The notes under the pieces are model-generated. The model did no database searches and was not told the origin of the DNA. It saw nothing but the letters and a program-made list of their open reading frames with translations. A stretch of DNA of 64,000 bases from IMG/VR virus record IMGVR_UViG_3300013093_000023, positions 1-64,000 of that record; one strand, given 5' to 3'. Position numbers and translations under genes: made by a program. This DNA is from an uncultured virus (IMG/VR IMGVR_UViG_3300013093_000023) (Duplodnaviria; Heunggongvirae; Uroviricota; Caudoviricetes). This document shows, piece by piece, positions 1 through 9,406 of the stretch (its first letter is position 1; the number at the start of each line of letters is the position of its first letter).

Positions 1-395
1 ACTGGATCATATTTTTCTTTAACGTGCTGTGGCAAACCTTTGTGCTTAGTAGCGGCAAAATCACGAGCATCTTTTTTGCCCATTGACTTAGCAACTTTAG
101 CAACTTCTGGACTTGCGGCCTTTGCACCTTTTTGTGCGGCATGAACCATACCCATAAACTTTTGTTGAGCTTGGCTAACTGCTTTTTCGTTAACTTGGCT
201 TTCAGCAAACTGTCGAGCTAGACGTTGTTCAACTGAACTAACATCACGTAGACCTTTAAGGATAGAACCTTGACTTTCGACGCTTTCGCGGATCTGTTGT
301 ACTTTAGCATTGTGACGTTCTTGTGGAGTTGGTTGTAGTGCTTCCAACTTGCCTAGGATGCTATAGATATTATCGTGTGGATGGTTCTTGCTCAT
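1..395 (-). CDS. Partial CDS (runs off left edge), DUF3008-like domain protein, probable internal head protein
   Basis: Not in ORF track. My translation from ATG at 395: MSKNHPHDNIYSILGKLEAL...VNEKAVSQAQQKFMGMVHAAQKG...SMGKKDARDFAATKHKGLPQHVKE. The AVSQAQQK...DFAATKHKGLP segment resembles DUF3008. Starts 1 nt after the stop of the upstream gene. Confidence 0.7.
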   Translation of the reverse strand, partial: MSKNHPHDNIYSILGKLEALQPTPQERHNAKVQQIRESVESQGSILKGLRDVSSVEQRLARQFAESQVNEKAVSQAQQKFMGMVHAAQKGAKAASPEVAKVAKSMGKKDARDFAATKHKGLPQHVKEKYDP

Positions 396-396
396 T

Positions 397-984
397 TTAA
401 TTGCCTTTGGGTTTGCGATATACTACATTTTGTGTTGTTCCAACTGGACTCTTATCGCTCATTGGAGCATCGTTGGTTGTTTTGCCTGCTTCATTACTGT
501 TTTCAGCAAATTCAAATTTACGTGATTCTAATTCTTTTAATAGACTGCCGATGCGACTCTGGCCTGCTAGTTCTTGTGCACCTGGTGCATCTTTTAATTC
601 TTCTTCATCTAATAAAGCACCATCATGGTCTTGGCCAAGAGCTTCTGCTTCTTCGGTGTCAATGGCTTCATTTAGATTACGCACGGCTAACCAGTCTGGA
701 TTTAACTGGGCACGTTCTTTTAATGTCTGGCGGATTTGTGGAACAGTTACTGGATAAGCAACTTTAACATCAAACTGCCAGCACTCGCAAGGACCCCATT
801 GTGGGAATTCGCGATGCTCCTGAATTGGTATACTTTTAACAGCACTAACACTTTCTAGCTGATATGTATCTAGTGCGTTTTTAATTTGGTCCATTACACT
901 ACTTGGATTAACGGTTGCCATCTTAATACGAAATTCGTATGGCTTATTAATTTCAAAAATGTATGATTGGAATGGTTTCATCAT
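397..984 (-). CDS. Hypothetical late protein
   Basis: 195-aa ORF with AGGA SD and a TATAAATA promoter at 1003-1010. N-terminus MKPFQSYIFE. Confidence 0.75.
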   Translation of the reverse strand: MMKPFQSYIFEINKPYEFRIKMATVNPSSVMDQIKNALDTYQLESVSAVKSIPIQEHREFPQWGPCECWQFDVKVAYPVTVPQIRQTLKERAQLNPDWLAVRNLNEAIDTEEAEALGQDHDGALLDEEELKDAPGAQELAGQSRIGSLLKELESRKFEFAENSNEAGKTTNDAPMSDKSPVGTTQNVVYRKPKGN

Positions 985-1002
985 TATAATCCTATTATTG
1001 TA

Positions 1003-1010
1003 TATTTATA
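1003..1010 (-). promoter_or_regulatory. T4-type late promoter TATAAATA
   Basis: Exact T4 late consensus upstream of the SD and ATG of 397..984. Confidence 0.75.
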
Positions 1011-1019
1011 CAGATTGCA

Positions 1020-1508
1020 TTATTTGCTCTGCTTGTTGCTGAGTATCTGTTTTAATAATTCATTACGATCTAGTACAACGCCGTGTCCTTCTACAGCTTC
1101 TTCAACTGGATCTTTAGTGTCTTTTTTAATTTGATGATCTAATTTGGCTTTAGCTAACTGTAGCTGTACCATTTTTAGTTTTTTGTCTAGTTTAGCAGTT
1201 TTAGCTGTAATAGCGTGTCCTAGCATCACCCCAGCTGTTTGTAGAATAACACCCGAAAAGCGTGGTTCAACGTTCATACCCAAATCAATAAGATCCTCAG
1301 CTTTGCTTTGTGCTAGTTTAGCTAGTTCATCTAGCTCATTGTCACCTGTGTCTAGGTCATTGACTGTGGGTAGAGCCGCATCAATTTTATCTATGGCCTG
1401 ATCAACATCCGTAATTAGTTCGCGATGTTCAGCAATAGTTTGCTCAGTTTCTTCTGGAGTAGCATCCGCAGATGGGAGATTGAAAAGTTCTTCTAATTTC
1501 TTGGTCAT
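1020..1508 (-). CDS. Probable terminase small subunit (T4 gp16-like)
   Basis: 162-aa helical protein. The central EDLIDLGMNVEPRFSGVILQTAGVML segment and C-terminal VLDRNELLKQI resemble T4-like gp16 organisation. Adjacent to gp4. Confidence 0.55.
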   Translation of the reverse strand: MTKKLEELFNLPSADATPEETEQTIAEHRELITDVDQAIDKIDAALPTVNDLDTGDNELDELAKLAQSKAEDLIDLGMNVEPRFSGVILQTAGVMLGHAITAKTAKLDKKLKMVQLQLAKAKLDHQIKKDTKDPVEEAVEGHGVVLDRNELLKQILSNKQSK

Positions 1509-1519
1509 ATAGTATTTAA

Positions 1520-1951
1520 CTATCGACCCATGTGGAATATATCATTTTCCGTAACAACACGAAACTTTAGTCCCTGTGCCTGGCACCAGGCTTTGGCTGA
1601 TTCCCATTTGGCCATATTAAGTATAGCCGCGGCTTGGTTGCGTGGGTTTTTGCCAGCTTCAACTAGGTTAGTTTCTTTTGTGGGTTTAACTTCAATCACT
1701 TCTGCGTGTTGTTGGCCACGAGCATCTATATAGGTAATTAAAAAGTCTGGAACATATATAGTATTTTTGCCAGTCAATGGATTACGATAGTTAATGTGTA
1801 CTGCTTCGCTAGCCCATTGTAATACGCTAGGATTGTTGTCGCAGAATTGCATAAACACTAACTCCCAGCTAGACCGATACGTTGGACTTTTGTTACCTAC
1901 GTATTTGGCTGGGTTAATTATTTGATATTTTCCTTGGGAATATTTACTCAT
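1520..1951 (-). CDS. gp4: Head completion protein/nuclease (T4 gp4-like, TnsA-N-like PD-(D/E)xK)
   Basis: NPAKYVGNK.PTYRSSWE..FM..CD.NP....WASE, YVPDF, IEVKP, AKW..A..WC...G..F.VVTE motifs. Confidence 0.9.
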   Translation of the reverse strand: MSKYSQGKYQIINPAKYVGNKSPTYRSSWELVFMQFCDNNPSVLQWASEAVHINYRNPLTGKNTIYVPDFLITYIDARGQQHAEVIEVKPTKETNLVEAGKNPRNQAAAILNMAKWESAKAWCQAQGLKFRVVTENDIFHMGR

Positions 1952-2337
1952 AATAAGATTGTTCGTTTAATGAACGAACTAGTTGAACTGGTAGTCTTGA
2001 TACCTAGTGCGCTAGTCGGCACTCGTGTTGAATTTAAAAAAGCCAACAAATAACTATTCATTTGATCTTTAGGCAATTTTTGAAAATTGTCCAAGACCAA
2101 CATTGGATTTAAATTTTGAGCCTTGGCGGTGTACAATACTGTGCCGGCTAAATTTTGTCCAGCAATTTTATTACCAGTGTACTCTTGAAAAAATGCCACT
2201 AACGCATCATTTGTGTCAGGGCCAATGCTTAGATCAATTGTATATAAATTTGTAAAATACTGATTAGTATCTAAATTAGAGGCACTACTGGCATTTGGGC
2301 CAGATATGTTTGTTGCCGAAGTGGTATTTGTATTCAT
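1948..2337 (-). CDS. Hypothetical virion-cluster protein
   Basis: 129-aa ORF tightly packed with its neighbours (4-nt overlap with the gp4 start). Confidence 0.7.
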   Translation of the reverse strand: MNTNTTSATNISGPNASSASNLDTNQYFTNLYTIDLSIGPDTNDALVAFFQEYTGNKIAGQNLAGTVLYTAKAQNLNPMLVLDNFQKLPKDQMNSYLLAFLNSTRVPTSALGIKTTSSTSSFIKRTILL

Positions 2338-2340
2338 AGA

Positions 2341-3930
2341 TTAAAGGTTAACAAATGAGCCAATGTTAACAGCCTGGTAGCCATATAAATCAGCAATCGC
2401 TGGATCAAACCCAAGAGTTTGTAGTGAAGTAGAAATTTGTTCCGATGTTGCTCCGCCTGCGGCAAGACCTAATGCATAATCTTGAGAGCCTAGTATATCG
2501 CCAGGGCCAACTGCAACATAAGATGCTCCACTAGCACCAACAGAATTTACAACAGTTCCGCCGCCAACAAAAGCCTGGTATTGTGCTGATGCGTATGATG
2601 ACACATCTCCAAAAGCTGATGTAATTGGTTGAGTAATATAATTATTAACACCTTTAGCAATAGCATTTGATAAATCATTTATATACGGTGTAGTGGTGTT
2701 AATAGCCCACTGTGCAACTTTTTGTGTTACATAGGTTACCGCAATATTTTCAACTGCGGCTAATGCGGCCTTAGGATTGATAATAGCACTAGCAATACCG
2801 CCAACAATAGCGCCTCCCTGTGGACCAAGTCCTTTAGCAATACCGCCTACAACACCATTGGCAAAATTAGCTGTAACAGTACCAGCTATTGTTGATGCGG
2901 CTGTTTGTAGCTGTGCGGCAACCAGACTTGCGTTTGTTGCGCCTTGTGTTAAACTACCTAGGGTTGGAATATTAAAGCCACCACCGGCACCATTGGCACC
3001 AGATTGATTTGTAGCAGATTGAAATGCCTGACCAAAAGATAAAGCCCCGCCTTGTCCGCCAACAGCATTAATGCCCATTGATATACCATTACTAAATCCT
3101 CTCAATGGATCAGTTAACGGATTAGTATATGCTAAATCTATAACGTCAGTTGAAGTCTGTACTGTTCCGCCCATGTCATCAGCTATCTGATTTACATTTT
3201 GACCATTGGCATTTGGACTTGGGGTATTGTCGTAGTGTAAGTCTATATATCCGCCAGCTGTGCTTCCTGTTGTATAGCCAGTTAGATACTTTACTGTTTC
3301 AAATTGAATACTCATTGAGTGTTGTACTAGGCCATTATTGTCTGCCTGGTTATGTTCACCGTGACTAAAACTAATAATTGTTGGATTAACTAACTGATAT
3401 TCGCTAAAGTTTTTTTGATATAAACTATAAATTCGAATACCCTGAATATATTGGTAGGGTTGGTATTGCCCACTACTAACATATTTGCCTAGTGTTGGAC
3501 GAAGACTATATCCCCAATCAAATGTTGGGCGGCGTTGATATTTGCTTATACCTTGATATGTTGCATCAGCGTAGTCACTGTCTCTGTAGTAAAAACTATA
3601 ATAGTCATACCAAAAATTACGAACCACGTCGGCCTGGTCATCGTGGAATGTAATTTGTACCGGATCGTATTTAATTTTATGCTGACTGATGTTTACACGA
3701 TTGTAGGCATTTTGTATTTTATGATCGACTGTAAATTTTGGTAACGATACCGTTTTAACAATCATTCCAAGTTCTTGGGCGGCGTTATTGCTAACACTAG
3801 TAATTAACGGATTAAAATCAAATTCAACATAAAATAGAAAACCGTACTTGGGGCTTAGTCGGAAATTACCATCAGTAAAAATTCGACTAGCGTGTTGGTA
3901 ACTGCGAAGCGTAGTGTTTTGTAAGGCCAT
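2341..3930 (-). CDS. Tail tube-like baseplate protein (gp48/gp54-like tube initiator) with Gly/Ala-rich C-terminal extension
   Basis: N-terminal half has the tube-fold pattern (VKTVSLPKF...YDPVQITFHDD...FW.DYY...YQLVNP.I.SF.H...MSIQFE). Lies directly downstream of the tube gene. Confidence 0.65.
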   Translation of the reverse strand: MALQNTTLRSYQHASRIFTDGNFRLSPKYGFLFYVEFDFNPLITSVSNNAAQELGMIVKTVSLPKFTVDHKIQNAYNRVNISQHKIKYDPVQITFHDDQADVVRNFWYDYYSFYYRDSDYADATYQGISKYQRRPTFDWGYSLRPTLGKYVSSGQYQPYQYIQGIRIYSLYQKNFSEYQLVNPTIISFSHGEHNQADNNGLVQHSMSIQFETVKYLTGYTTGSTAGGYIDLHYDNTPSPNANGQNVNQIADDMGGTVQTSTDVIDLAYTNPLTDPLRGFSNGISMGINAVGGQGGALSFGQAFQSATNQSGANGAGGGFNIPTLGSLTQGATNASLVAAQLQTAASTIAGTVTANFANGVVGGIAKGLGPQGGAIVGGIASAIINPKAALAAVENIAVTYVTQKVAQWAINTTTPYINDLSNAIAKGVNNYITQPITSAFGDVSSYASAQYQAFVGGGTVVNSVGASGASYVAVGPGDILGSQDYALGLAAGGATSEQISTSLQTLGFDPAIADLYGYQAVNIGSFVNL

Positions 3931-3935
3931 AACAA

Positions 3936-3943
3936 TATTTATC
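3936..3943 (-). promoter_or_regulatory. Late promoter GATAAATA, 5 nt before ATG (leaderless)
   Basis: Minus strand reads GATAAATA-ttgtt-ATG. Confidence 0.65.
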
Positions 3944-3947
3944 TCAT

Positions 3948-3980
3948 AAAAAAACCCGGTGTTTTAAGCCGGGCTGTTTT
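3948..3980 (-). terminator. Rho-independent terminator after tail tube gene
   Basis: CCCGG/CCGGG stem (3955-3959/3969-3973) followed by a T tract on the minus strand. Confidence 0.75.
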
Positions 3981-3995
3981 AAATTTTCGTTTAAA

Positions 3996-4610
3996 TTAGT
4001 TAACTGTATCGCCTGGGGTATTAGTTGGCCAATTAGAACCAGCTGTACCATAAGTTTGTGTCGCGTTATCAAATTTAATGTTTAGTGTAATCAATGCAGG
4101 ATCACTTGAGTTATAAGCCATGTCTCCATAGTCAACCTGACTTAGGAAACAACCATCAAGTACCCAAGATTCAAGTACTGTTGGAGCAATAGCGCCGTTA
4201 CCACCATCCAACATATCAAACTCCAATTGGAACTTGTAGTTGATACCACTTGGAGCACTAGCTTGCTCTAAGAAATCAAATTGCTTCTGGATTTGTTGTC
4301 CAACCAACTTGCTTACTGCACCAGAGCTGTCATCACGTAATGAAACTGTAGTCTCTTGCCATTCTGGTTTACCTTGTAAGAACACCTTACTGTTGTAAAC
4401 ATCAATAGTAATTGGGTTAAAGTTTACGTTAGGACGTTTGATATCCTGAACCTGTTTTGTTAGCTCTGTTGTACCTGTCCCTGTAGCACCAAAACTAACA
4501 AATGTCGCACGGAAACGATATTTGAGTTTTGGCATCAACAAGCCCTGGTTGTCAGGGCTTTGATTGTTTGCCAATGGTACTGTAAATTTACTTAAACTTG
4601 CTACGGCCAT
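3996..4610 (-). CDS. gp19: Tail tube protein
   Basis: MPKLKYRFR...RPNVNF.PITIDVYNSKV.LQGKPEWQ......RDD...ESWVLDGCF..QVDYGD..Y......ITL.IKFDNA. Directly follows the sheath gene. Confidence 0.9.
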   Translation of the reverse strand: MAVASLSKFTVPLANNQSPDNQGLLMPKLKYRFRATFVSFGATGTGTTELTKQVQDIKRPNVNFNPITIDVYNSKVFLQGKPEWQETTVSLRDDSSGAVSKLVGQQIQKQFDFLEQASAPSGINYKFQLEFDMLDGGNGAIAPTVLESWVLDGCFLSQVDYGDMAYNSSDPALITLNIKFDNATQTYGTAGSNWPTNTPGDTVN

Positions 4611-4628
4611 GTTATTCTCCTATATTCT

Positions 4629-4636
4629 TATTTATC
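4629..4636 (-). promoter_or_regulatory. Late promoter GATAAATA
   Basis: Upstream of the GGAG SD of the tube gene. Flanked by direct repeat CTATATTCTTA (4620-4630, 4636-4646). Confidence 0.7.
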
Positions 4637-4643
4637 TATATTC

Positions 4644-7600
4644 TTAGGTTGACTGTTGGCCCAAGGTTGCGATAGCACCTGGGTTATACAATGCTATTGG
4701 AATGTAGATAAACTCGACATCCTTCATTGGCTCAATTGCTACATCAACAAACAATTGATTATTAGCGATTGTGCTTGATGTGTTATTGCTTGTATCACAA
4801 ATTACCAAGAAGTCATACAAACCGCGCTTGCTCAATAGGTCGTGTAACGCACTTTCAATTTGACTTGCGATACTCTTACGAGTAATTGTATCGTTAGGTT
4901 CAAACAAGTAACCATTACTTACACGCTTGAAGATTGTACGTAAGTAGTTTTCTAAACGTACTACGTTTACACGATTACGTGCTGTACTATCACCACTGCG
5001 TGTTTCTTGACCCCAAACTACTAAACCAACGTTAGGTAGTTGAGTAATTGGGTTAAGTTTTAAATTGTAAAGCGCATCACGTAAGCCTTGATTAACAGCA
5101 TTGTGTACAAATGTACCAGTTGCGGCATTAACATAACCAACATCGCTTAGGTTACTTACCAAGCCACGGTTTACACCAGCTGGAGCAAACCAAGGATAGC
5201 TTACATTGTCGCTGTACAAGAATGTACGTAGAACAGCGTGGCTAGCTGGGACTACAACTGCGTTACCAGATAAGTCGTTTGTTAAACCTGCTGGGTAGTA
5301 TACAGCTAAGTATGGACTTGCTGTTGCTAAACCAGAACCATCTGCATCTGTTTCCCAGTTAGTAATATCTACAATGTTTGTGCCTAATGTCAATGGTGTG
5401 TCGCCAATGATAAACGCTGTATCACTACGGTCATCATTTAATGATACCATATTAGGAATCAACTCTGGATAACCAGGAGCGCAAATAATATTAAATGCGT
5501 AGCTGTCTTCACGAACATCTAAGTTAGAGTCAACTGCGGATTTCATTGCGGCAACAACAATAGCACGTTGCGCGGCAGAACCTGCTAGCATACGACCTTT
5601 GCTATCTGTACCGCTGTCGCTTACCCATGCATCAGCAATTTGTGGTAATGAATTGGATGTACCTGGGATTGAACCTGGGTTAGGATAGCTAACATTGTTA
5701 AAATAGTTCTTAACGTAACGTTTAACGTTGAAACCTGAACGACGTGTATTAAACAACAATGTACCTTTTGGATAACGACGTGGATCTGGTGCGTCTTGAT
5801 CTAAGTAGTCACTAGTCAATAGTGATGTAATACTTGGGAAGCTGGCGTTAATAACATCAGTCTGACCATTTGTGTCCCAACGTGCATCAGCAAATATAAT
5901 ACCGTTTGCTGTCACGTGGTCTGTGTTATCAATTGCTACCCACTTAGAACCATCCCAACGACTTAATTTAGGATAGTTAACTAAATCACTGCTGTCTAAC
6001 CAAATGTCACCGGCTACTAGTGCTGTTGCATCTGTTTGACTTGTTGGGGCACTTGCCGCAACAATAACACCGTTTGGATCTGTTTGGTTCAATGGATAGT
6101 TACGGATATCGTTAGTAACGTTTTTGTAACCTTTCCAATGACCGCCGTTGTTGATCATAATATCTACATCGGCAAAGTTGCTGTAGTACCAGTATGTACC
6201 ATCAGCTGGTGCTGTGTATGGGCTTGATGTAGTGTAATTAATATCGTTAGTGATGTTTGAGAAACTACTGATAATAACCTTACCATTTGTTGCATTAACT
6301 GAGTAACCAGAACCATTTAGTGCTGGATTAACATTAGAACGGAAACCTAGGTCACCTAATAATGTATTTGGGCTACCCAATGCTACACCGCTACTGTTAC
6401 TTGGAGTCAATACAATTTGACCACCTAATGTATGTGTTAGTGTAATTGTTTGTTGTTCGCTACTTGGAATTGTTCCTGTGCTACCACCAGTTGTTGAAAT
6501 ACTAGCAGTTACATAAGGAATATTCAATGATAAAATTTGTTGTACAATACTTGCTGGAGTACACGCTGTACCACTAGCCGCTGTAGATACTAGACCATAA
6601 TTAATCAATGAAGCTAATCCTGGATATGTAGCACTTACAGTAAAGTATTGGCTATGGTCTGCTGCCAAGGCTGCCGCAAATCCACTGGTGTTGTAATCAA
6701 TTACACCGCCAGTTGCTGAAGCAGATGTGCTTTGACCTTTAACCTGGAAACGTAAATTGTTACCACGTGAATTGTCGCTGATATAAAACTCAGCAATAAC
6801 CTGACCAGCTGGTACGCTTACGCCACCACCTGTTGGATCTAAACTAGCTAATGCTGTAGGAATGTTTTGATACATTGGAGCACTGACCGCTGTCCATTGG
6901 TCTGAGCTTGCGCTGTATTGCTCAAGCACCGGATTCCAACCGCCACCTAAAGCAGAAGTTTTCCACCACACAGAGCTACTTGGACGTGGCATTGTATCAG
7001 TTGTGCTTAGACCCCAACCTTGATATGCGCCACCAGATGTAGTTGGAGCACTTGCGTAGTCACCGTAGAAGAAATATGGGCTACCTTGAACAGTTGTTGG
7101 AATACCCAATCCTAAAAGTGTAGTTCCTGAAATCTTACCGCCAGTTACAAGTACGCCGGTATCAGCTGTAGATAAGCCAGCGTTGGCACCTGTACTGTCT
7201 GCGGCGCTAGTTGCGTATAGATATAGTACACCACCGTTTGACTGAGCATAAACACCAGTAATGTGTGTGCTACCAGTATTTGCTGTATTAATTGCTGTAG
7301 CTAGTCTAGACGCTGTCAATGGATATGCTACACCACTTACCCAACCTGGGAAATTGGTTGTATTTACAATAACATTAACACCGTTGATACTAAACAATGT
7401 GTCACCTGAACTAATGCCAGAAGATGGGATTGATAAGTTACCATCAATCTTGCTTGACTGCCATACAGGAATACTACGTTGCCAATCTTTGCTACCAACT
7501 TCAACCCATTGATTTGACAATGTGCCAGTGATATTATCGCTACCATCAACACTTACGCCTAGTGCAGAATTACCTGCGCTAGAACTACCATAGCGTCCTG

Positions 7601-8273
7601 CTTTGTAGAATAAACGTAGGATTGGTGCGCTTGTGCCAGGTAATCCATCAGTTGTTGCTGTGCTTGAGCTGTCGTTTACAAATACAACAGCGTAGTCGCC
7701 GATGGCGCCAACTGAGTTGCTTGGGTAAGCAAATGGAGTGCCACCATAATAACCAAATGTGTCATTAGTTAATTGTGTTAGGTCTGTTAATAACCAAGGC
7801 TCGATATGATCAAACCCGCCAGTGTTACGATTTAAACTGTAGATACCAAATTCTGTAGTTGCTAGATTCAACCAGTATGTACCATCCATTGGCATTCCAA
7901 CTGGACGATTAGCTGTGCCGGTTAATTGTGCTAGGTCAATATCAGCACGAATAGCAAACAATTGATTGCCTAGTCCCAATGCTGAGTAAGCTGCCATTAA
8001 GCCGTATTCGCTAACTTCGCTAGCATTAACCGGTGTACCAGCTGAACTAATCTGGAAACTTGGAAGTCCCATTCCAGTTACTAAGTCACGTTGACTTGTA
8101 AAACTTAATAGTTTGCCAGCATTGGCTTTGGTTGTGCCTGACGCTACAGAGCCGTTATATGCTTTATCTTGCGCTGTAGCTAATAAAACTAGTGGTACTG
8201 AACCGACCTGATTTGGTACGTATTGACTTTGATCGGTTACGGAAATTTGAATTCCTGGGGATACTAGTGCCAT
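4644..8273 (-). CDS. gp18: Tail sheath protein, enlarged (1209 aa)
   Basis: N-terminal MALVSPGIQISVTDQS. C-terminal sheath core: YPWFAPAGVNRG, LNPITQLP..G.VVWGQ, RVNVVRL, YLFEPND..TR, VDVAIEP.K.VEFIYIP. Confidence 0.95.
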   Translation of the reverse strand: MALVSPGIQISVTDQSQYVPNQVGSVPLVLLATAQDKAYNGSVASGTTKANAGKLLSFTSQRDLVTGMGLPSFQISSAGTPVNASEVSEYGLMAAYSALGLGNQLFAIRADIDLAQLTGTANRPVGMPMDGTYWLNLATTEFGIYSLNRNTGGFDHIEPWLLTDLTQLTNDTFGYYGGTPFAYPSNSVGAIGDYAVVFVNDSSSTATTDGLPGTSAPILRLFYKAGRYGSSSAGNSALGVSVDGSDNITGTLSNQWVEVGSKDWQRSIPVWQSSKIDGNLSIPSSGISSGDTLFSINGVNVIVNTTNFPGWVSGVAYPLTASRLATAINTANTGSTHITGVYAQSNGGVLYLYATSAADSTGANAGLSTADTGVLVTGGKISGTTLLGLGIPTTVQGSPYFFYGDYASAPTTSGGAYQGWGLSTTDTMPRPSSSVWWKTSALGGGWNPVLEQYSASSDQWTAVSAPMYQNIPTALASLDPTGGGVSVPAGQVIAEFYISDNSRGNNLRFQVKGQSTSASATGGVIDYNTSGFAAALAADHSQYFTVSATYPGLASLINYGLVSTAASGTACTPASIVQQILSLNIPYVTASISTTGGSTGTIPSSEQQTITLTHTLGGQIVLTPSNSSGVALGSPNTLLGDLGFRSNVNPALNGSGYSVNATNGKVIISSFSNITNDINYTTSSPYTAPADGTYWYYSNFADVDIMINNGGHWKGYKNVTNDIRNYPLNQTDPNGVIVAASAPTSQTDATALVAGDIWLDSSDLVNYPKLSRWDGSKWVAIDNTDHVTANGIIFADARWDTNGQTDVINASFPSITSLLTSDYLDQDAPDPRRYPKGTLLFNTRRSGFNVKRYVKNYFNNVSYPNPGSIPGTSNSLPQIADAWVSDSGTDSKGRMLAGSAAQRAIVVAAMKSAVDSNLDVREDSYAFNIICAPGYPELIPNMVSLNDDRSDTAFIIGDTPLTLGTNIVDITNWETDADGSGLATASPYLAVYYPAGLTNDLSGNAVVVPASHAVLRTFLYSDNVSYPWFAPAGVNRGLVSNLSDVGYVNAATGTFVHNAVNQGLRDALYNLKLNPITQLPNVGLVVWGQETRSGDSTARNRVNVVRLENYLRTIFKRVSNGYLFEPNDTITRKSIASQIESALHDLLSKRGLYDFLVICDTSNNTSSTIANNQLFVDVAIEPMKDVEFIYIPIALYNPGAIATLGQQST

Positions 8274-8305
8274 GGTTATGTTCCTTTATAATACATAGTT
8301 AAAGT

Positions 8306-8313
8306 TATTTATC
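8306..8313 (-). promoter_or_regulatory. Late promoter GATAAATA for sheath/tube
   Basis: Upstream of the AAGGA SD of gp18. Confidence 0.7.
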
Positions 8314-8375
8314 GGAATGAACCAAAATTTGCCGTGTTACAGGAGCCTTTGTAAAGGTTTAGTGTAAATAACTAT

Positions 8376-8726
8376 ATGCTAAAACGCGATTTATGTCCAA
8401 TATGTTTAGATAGTTTGGTTGCTATCAACTATATTCGTGATGGTGTTAGGCATTATAGAAATACCTGTGCGGCCTGCATTCGTAAAGGGAAGAAATTAAA
8501 ACCGCAACCGCCAGCGTGGGCAAAGTCGGGCTATAAGAAAAAAGAACGTTGCGAACTCTGTAACTTTAAATCTAAAACTGCTCGGCAAATGTCAGTGTTT
8601 CATGTTGACGGCAATCTTAAAAACAACAACTGGCTTAATTTAAAAACTGTTTGTGCTAACTGCAGAATAGAAATACAAGGTAATAAGCTACCGTGGAAAG
8701 CCGCCCCTATCGAACCAGATTTTTAA
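8376..8726 (+). CDS. Small Zn-finger/HNH-family protein
   Basis: CPIC...CAAC, then CELC...FHVDGNLKNN.WLNLKTVCANC. TGTAAATA late-like box at 8363-8370. Confidence 0.75.
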   Translation: MLKRDLCPICLDSLVAINYIRDGVRHYRNTCAACIRKGKKLKPQPPAWAKSGYKKKERCELCNFKSKTARQMSVFHVDGNLKNNNWLNLKTVCANCRIEIQGNKLPWKAAPIEPDF

Positions 8727-9351
8727 TCTGTGTGTACAGGTCTTCAATAGTTCCGTTGTTGTCAATTTCGGCATCAAATTCAGTACCAATCCAGGCCCAC
8801 TCACTGGCGTGTACATTAGGGTACTGATACTTCATACCTATTTGTTTTTTCTCTTTGCTTTCACTAGCGTGGCGACCTTGACTTTTATTATCGAGTAAAG
8901 CACAACTATACCACTCAGGCAAATCACCACGCTGTACCCAAAGAACTTTGCCGCCGGCGTTTTTAATACTTTTAATTTCATTTGGAAACCTACAATCACT
9001 AATAATAATATTATCTCCAGAACTCTGTAGCTTGTGTTCTAGGCTAGCAATCCATATATCATCATGGAAACTCTTACGTGCTACTTCTGTGCCCCAATAT
9101 TGTAGTACCCAGCGTGGGGATAGATTAGGCATATCCAATCGTTGTGCCCACCAAGGATCTACTTGCTCACGCCAAGCACGTGCTTCTTTAGTACGTCCTT
9201 CTAGTAGTTCTCTGTCCCAGCCAAATACTGCGCTGACTGCGTCCTTGAGTGTAGCGGCAAAACTGTCTCGTCTAAACTCGTGAAAGTTTACCAAGTAGTC
9301 TGCTACTGTGTCTTTACCACTACCAATAAAACCGCATACGCCGATGATCAT
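8707..9351 (-). CDS. gp1: Deoxynucleoside monophosphate kinase (T4 gp1-like)
   Basis: MIIGVCGFIGSGKDTVA P-loop, SFAATLKD, PRWVLQYWGTE, ISDCRFPNE, HASE, IDNNGTIEDL. Confidence 0.92.
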   Translation of the reverse strand: MIIGVCGFIGSGKDTVADYLVNFHEFRRDSFAATLKDAVSAVFGWDRELLEGRTKEARAWREQVDPWWAQRLDMPNLSPRWVLQYWGTEVARKSFHDDIWIASLEHKLQSSGDNIIISDCRFPNEIKSIKNAGGKVLWVQRGDLPEWYSCALLDNKSQGRHASESKEKKQIGMKYQYPNVHASEWAWIGTEFDAEIDNNGTIEDLYTQIKNLVR

Positions 9352-9383
9352 AAAAAAGCCCTCTTCTATTAAGGGCTATTTTT
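9352..9383. terminator. Bidirectional hairpin terminator
   Basis: AAAAAAGCCCT...AGGGCTATTTTT. Confidence 0.6.
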
Positions 9384-9406
9384 ACATACTTTTTGGTATT
9401 TGTCAA

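Noticed and set aside
4644..8273. Intein explaining the oversized sheath
   Set aside because: No CL...HN-C/S/T splice motifs or LAGLIDADG blocks; the insertions look like beta-rich structural domains.
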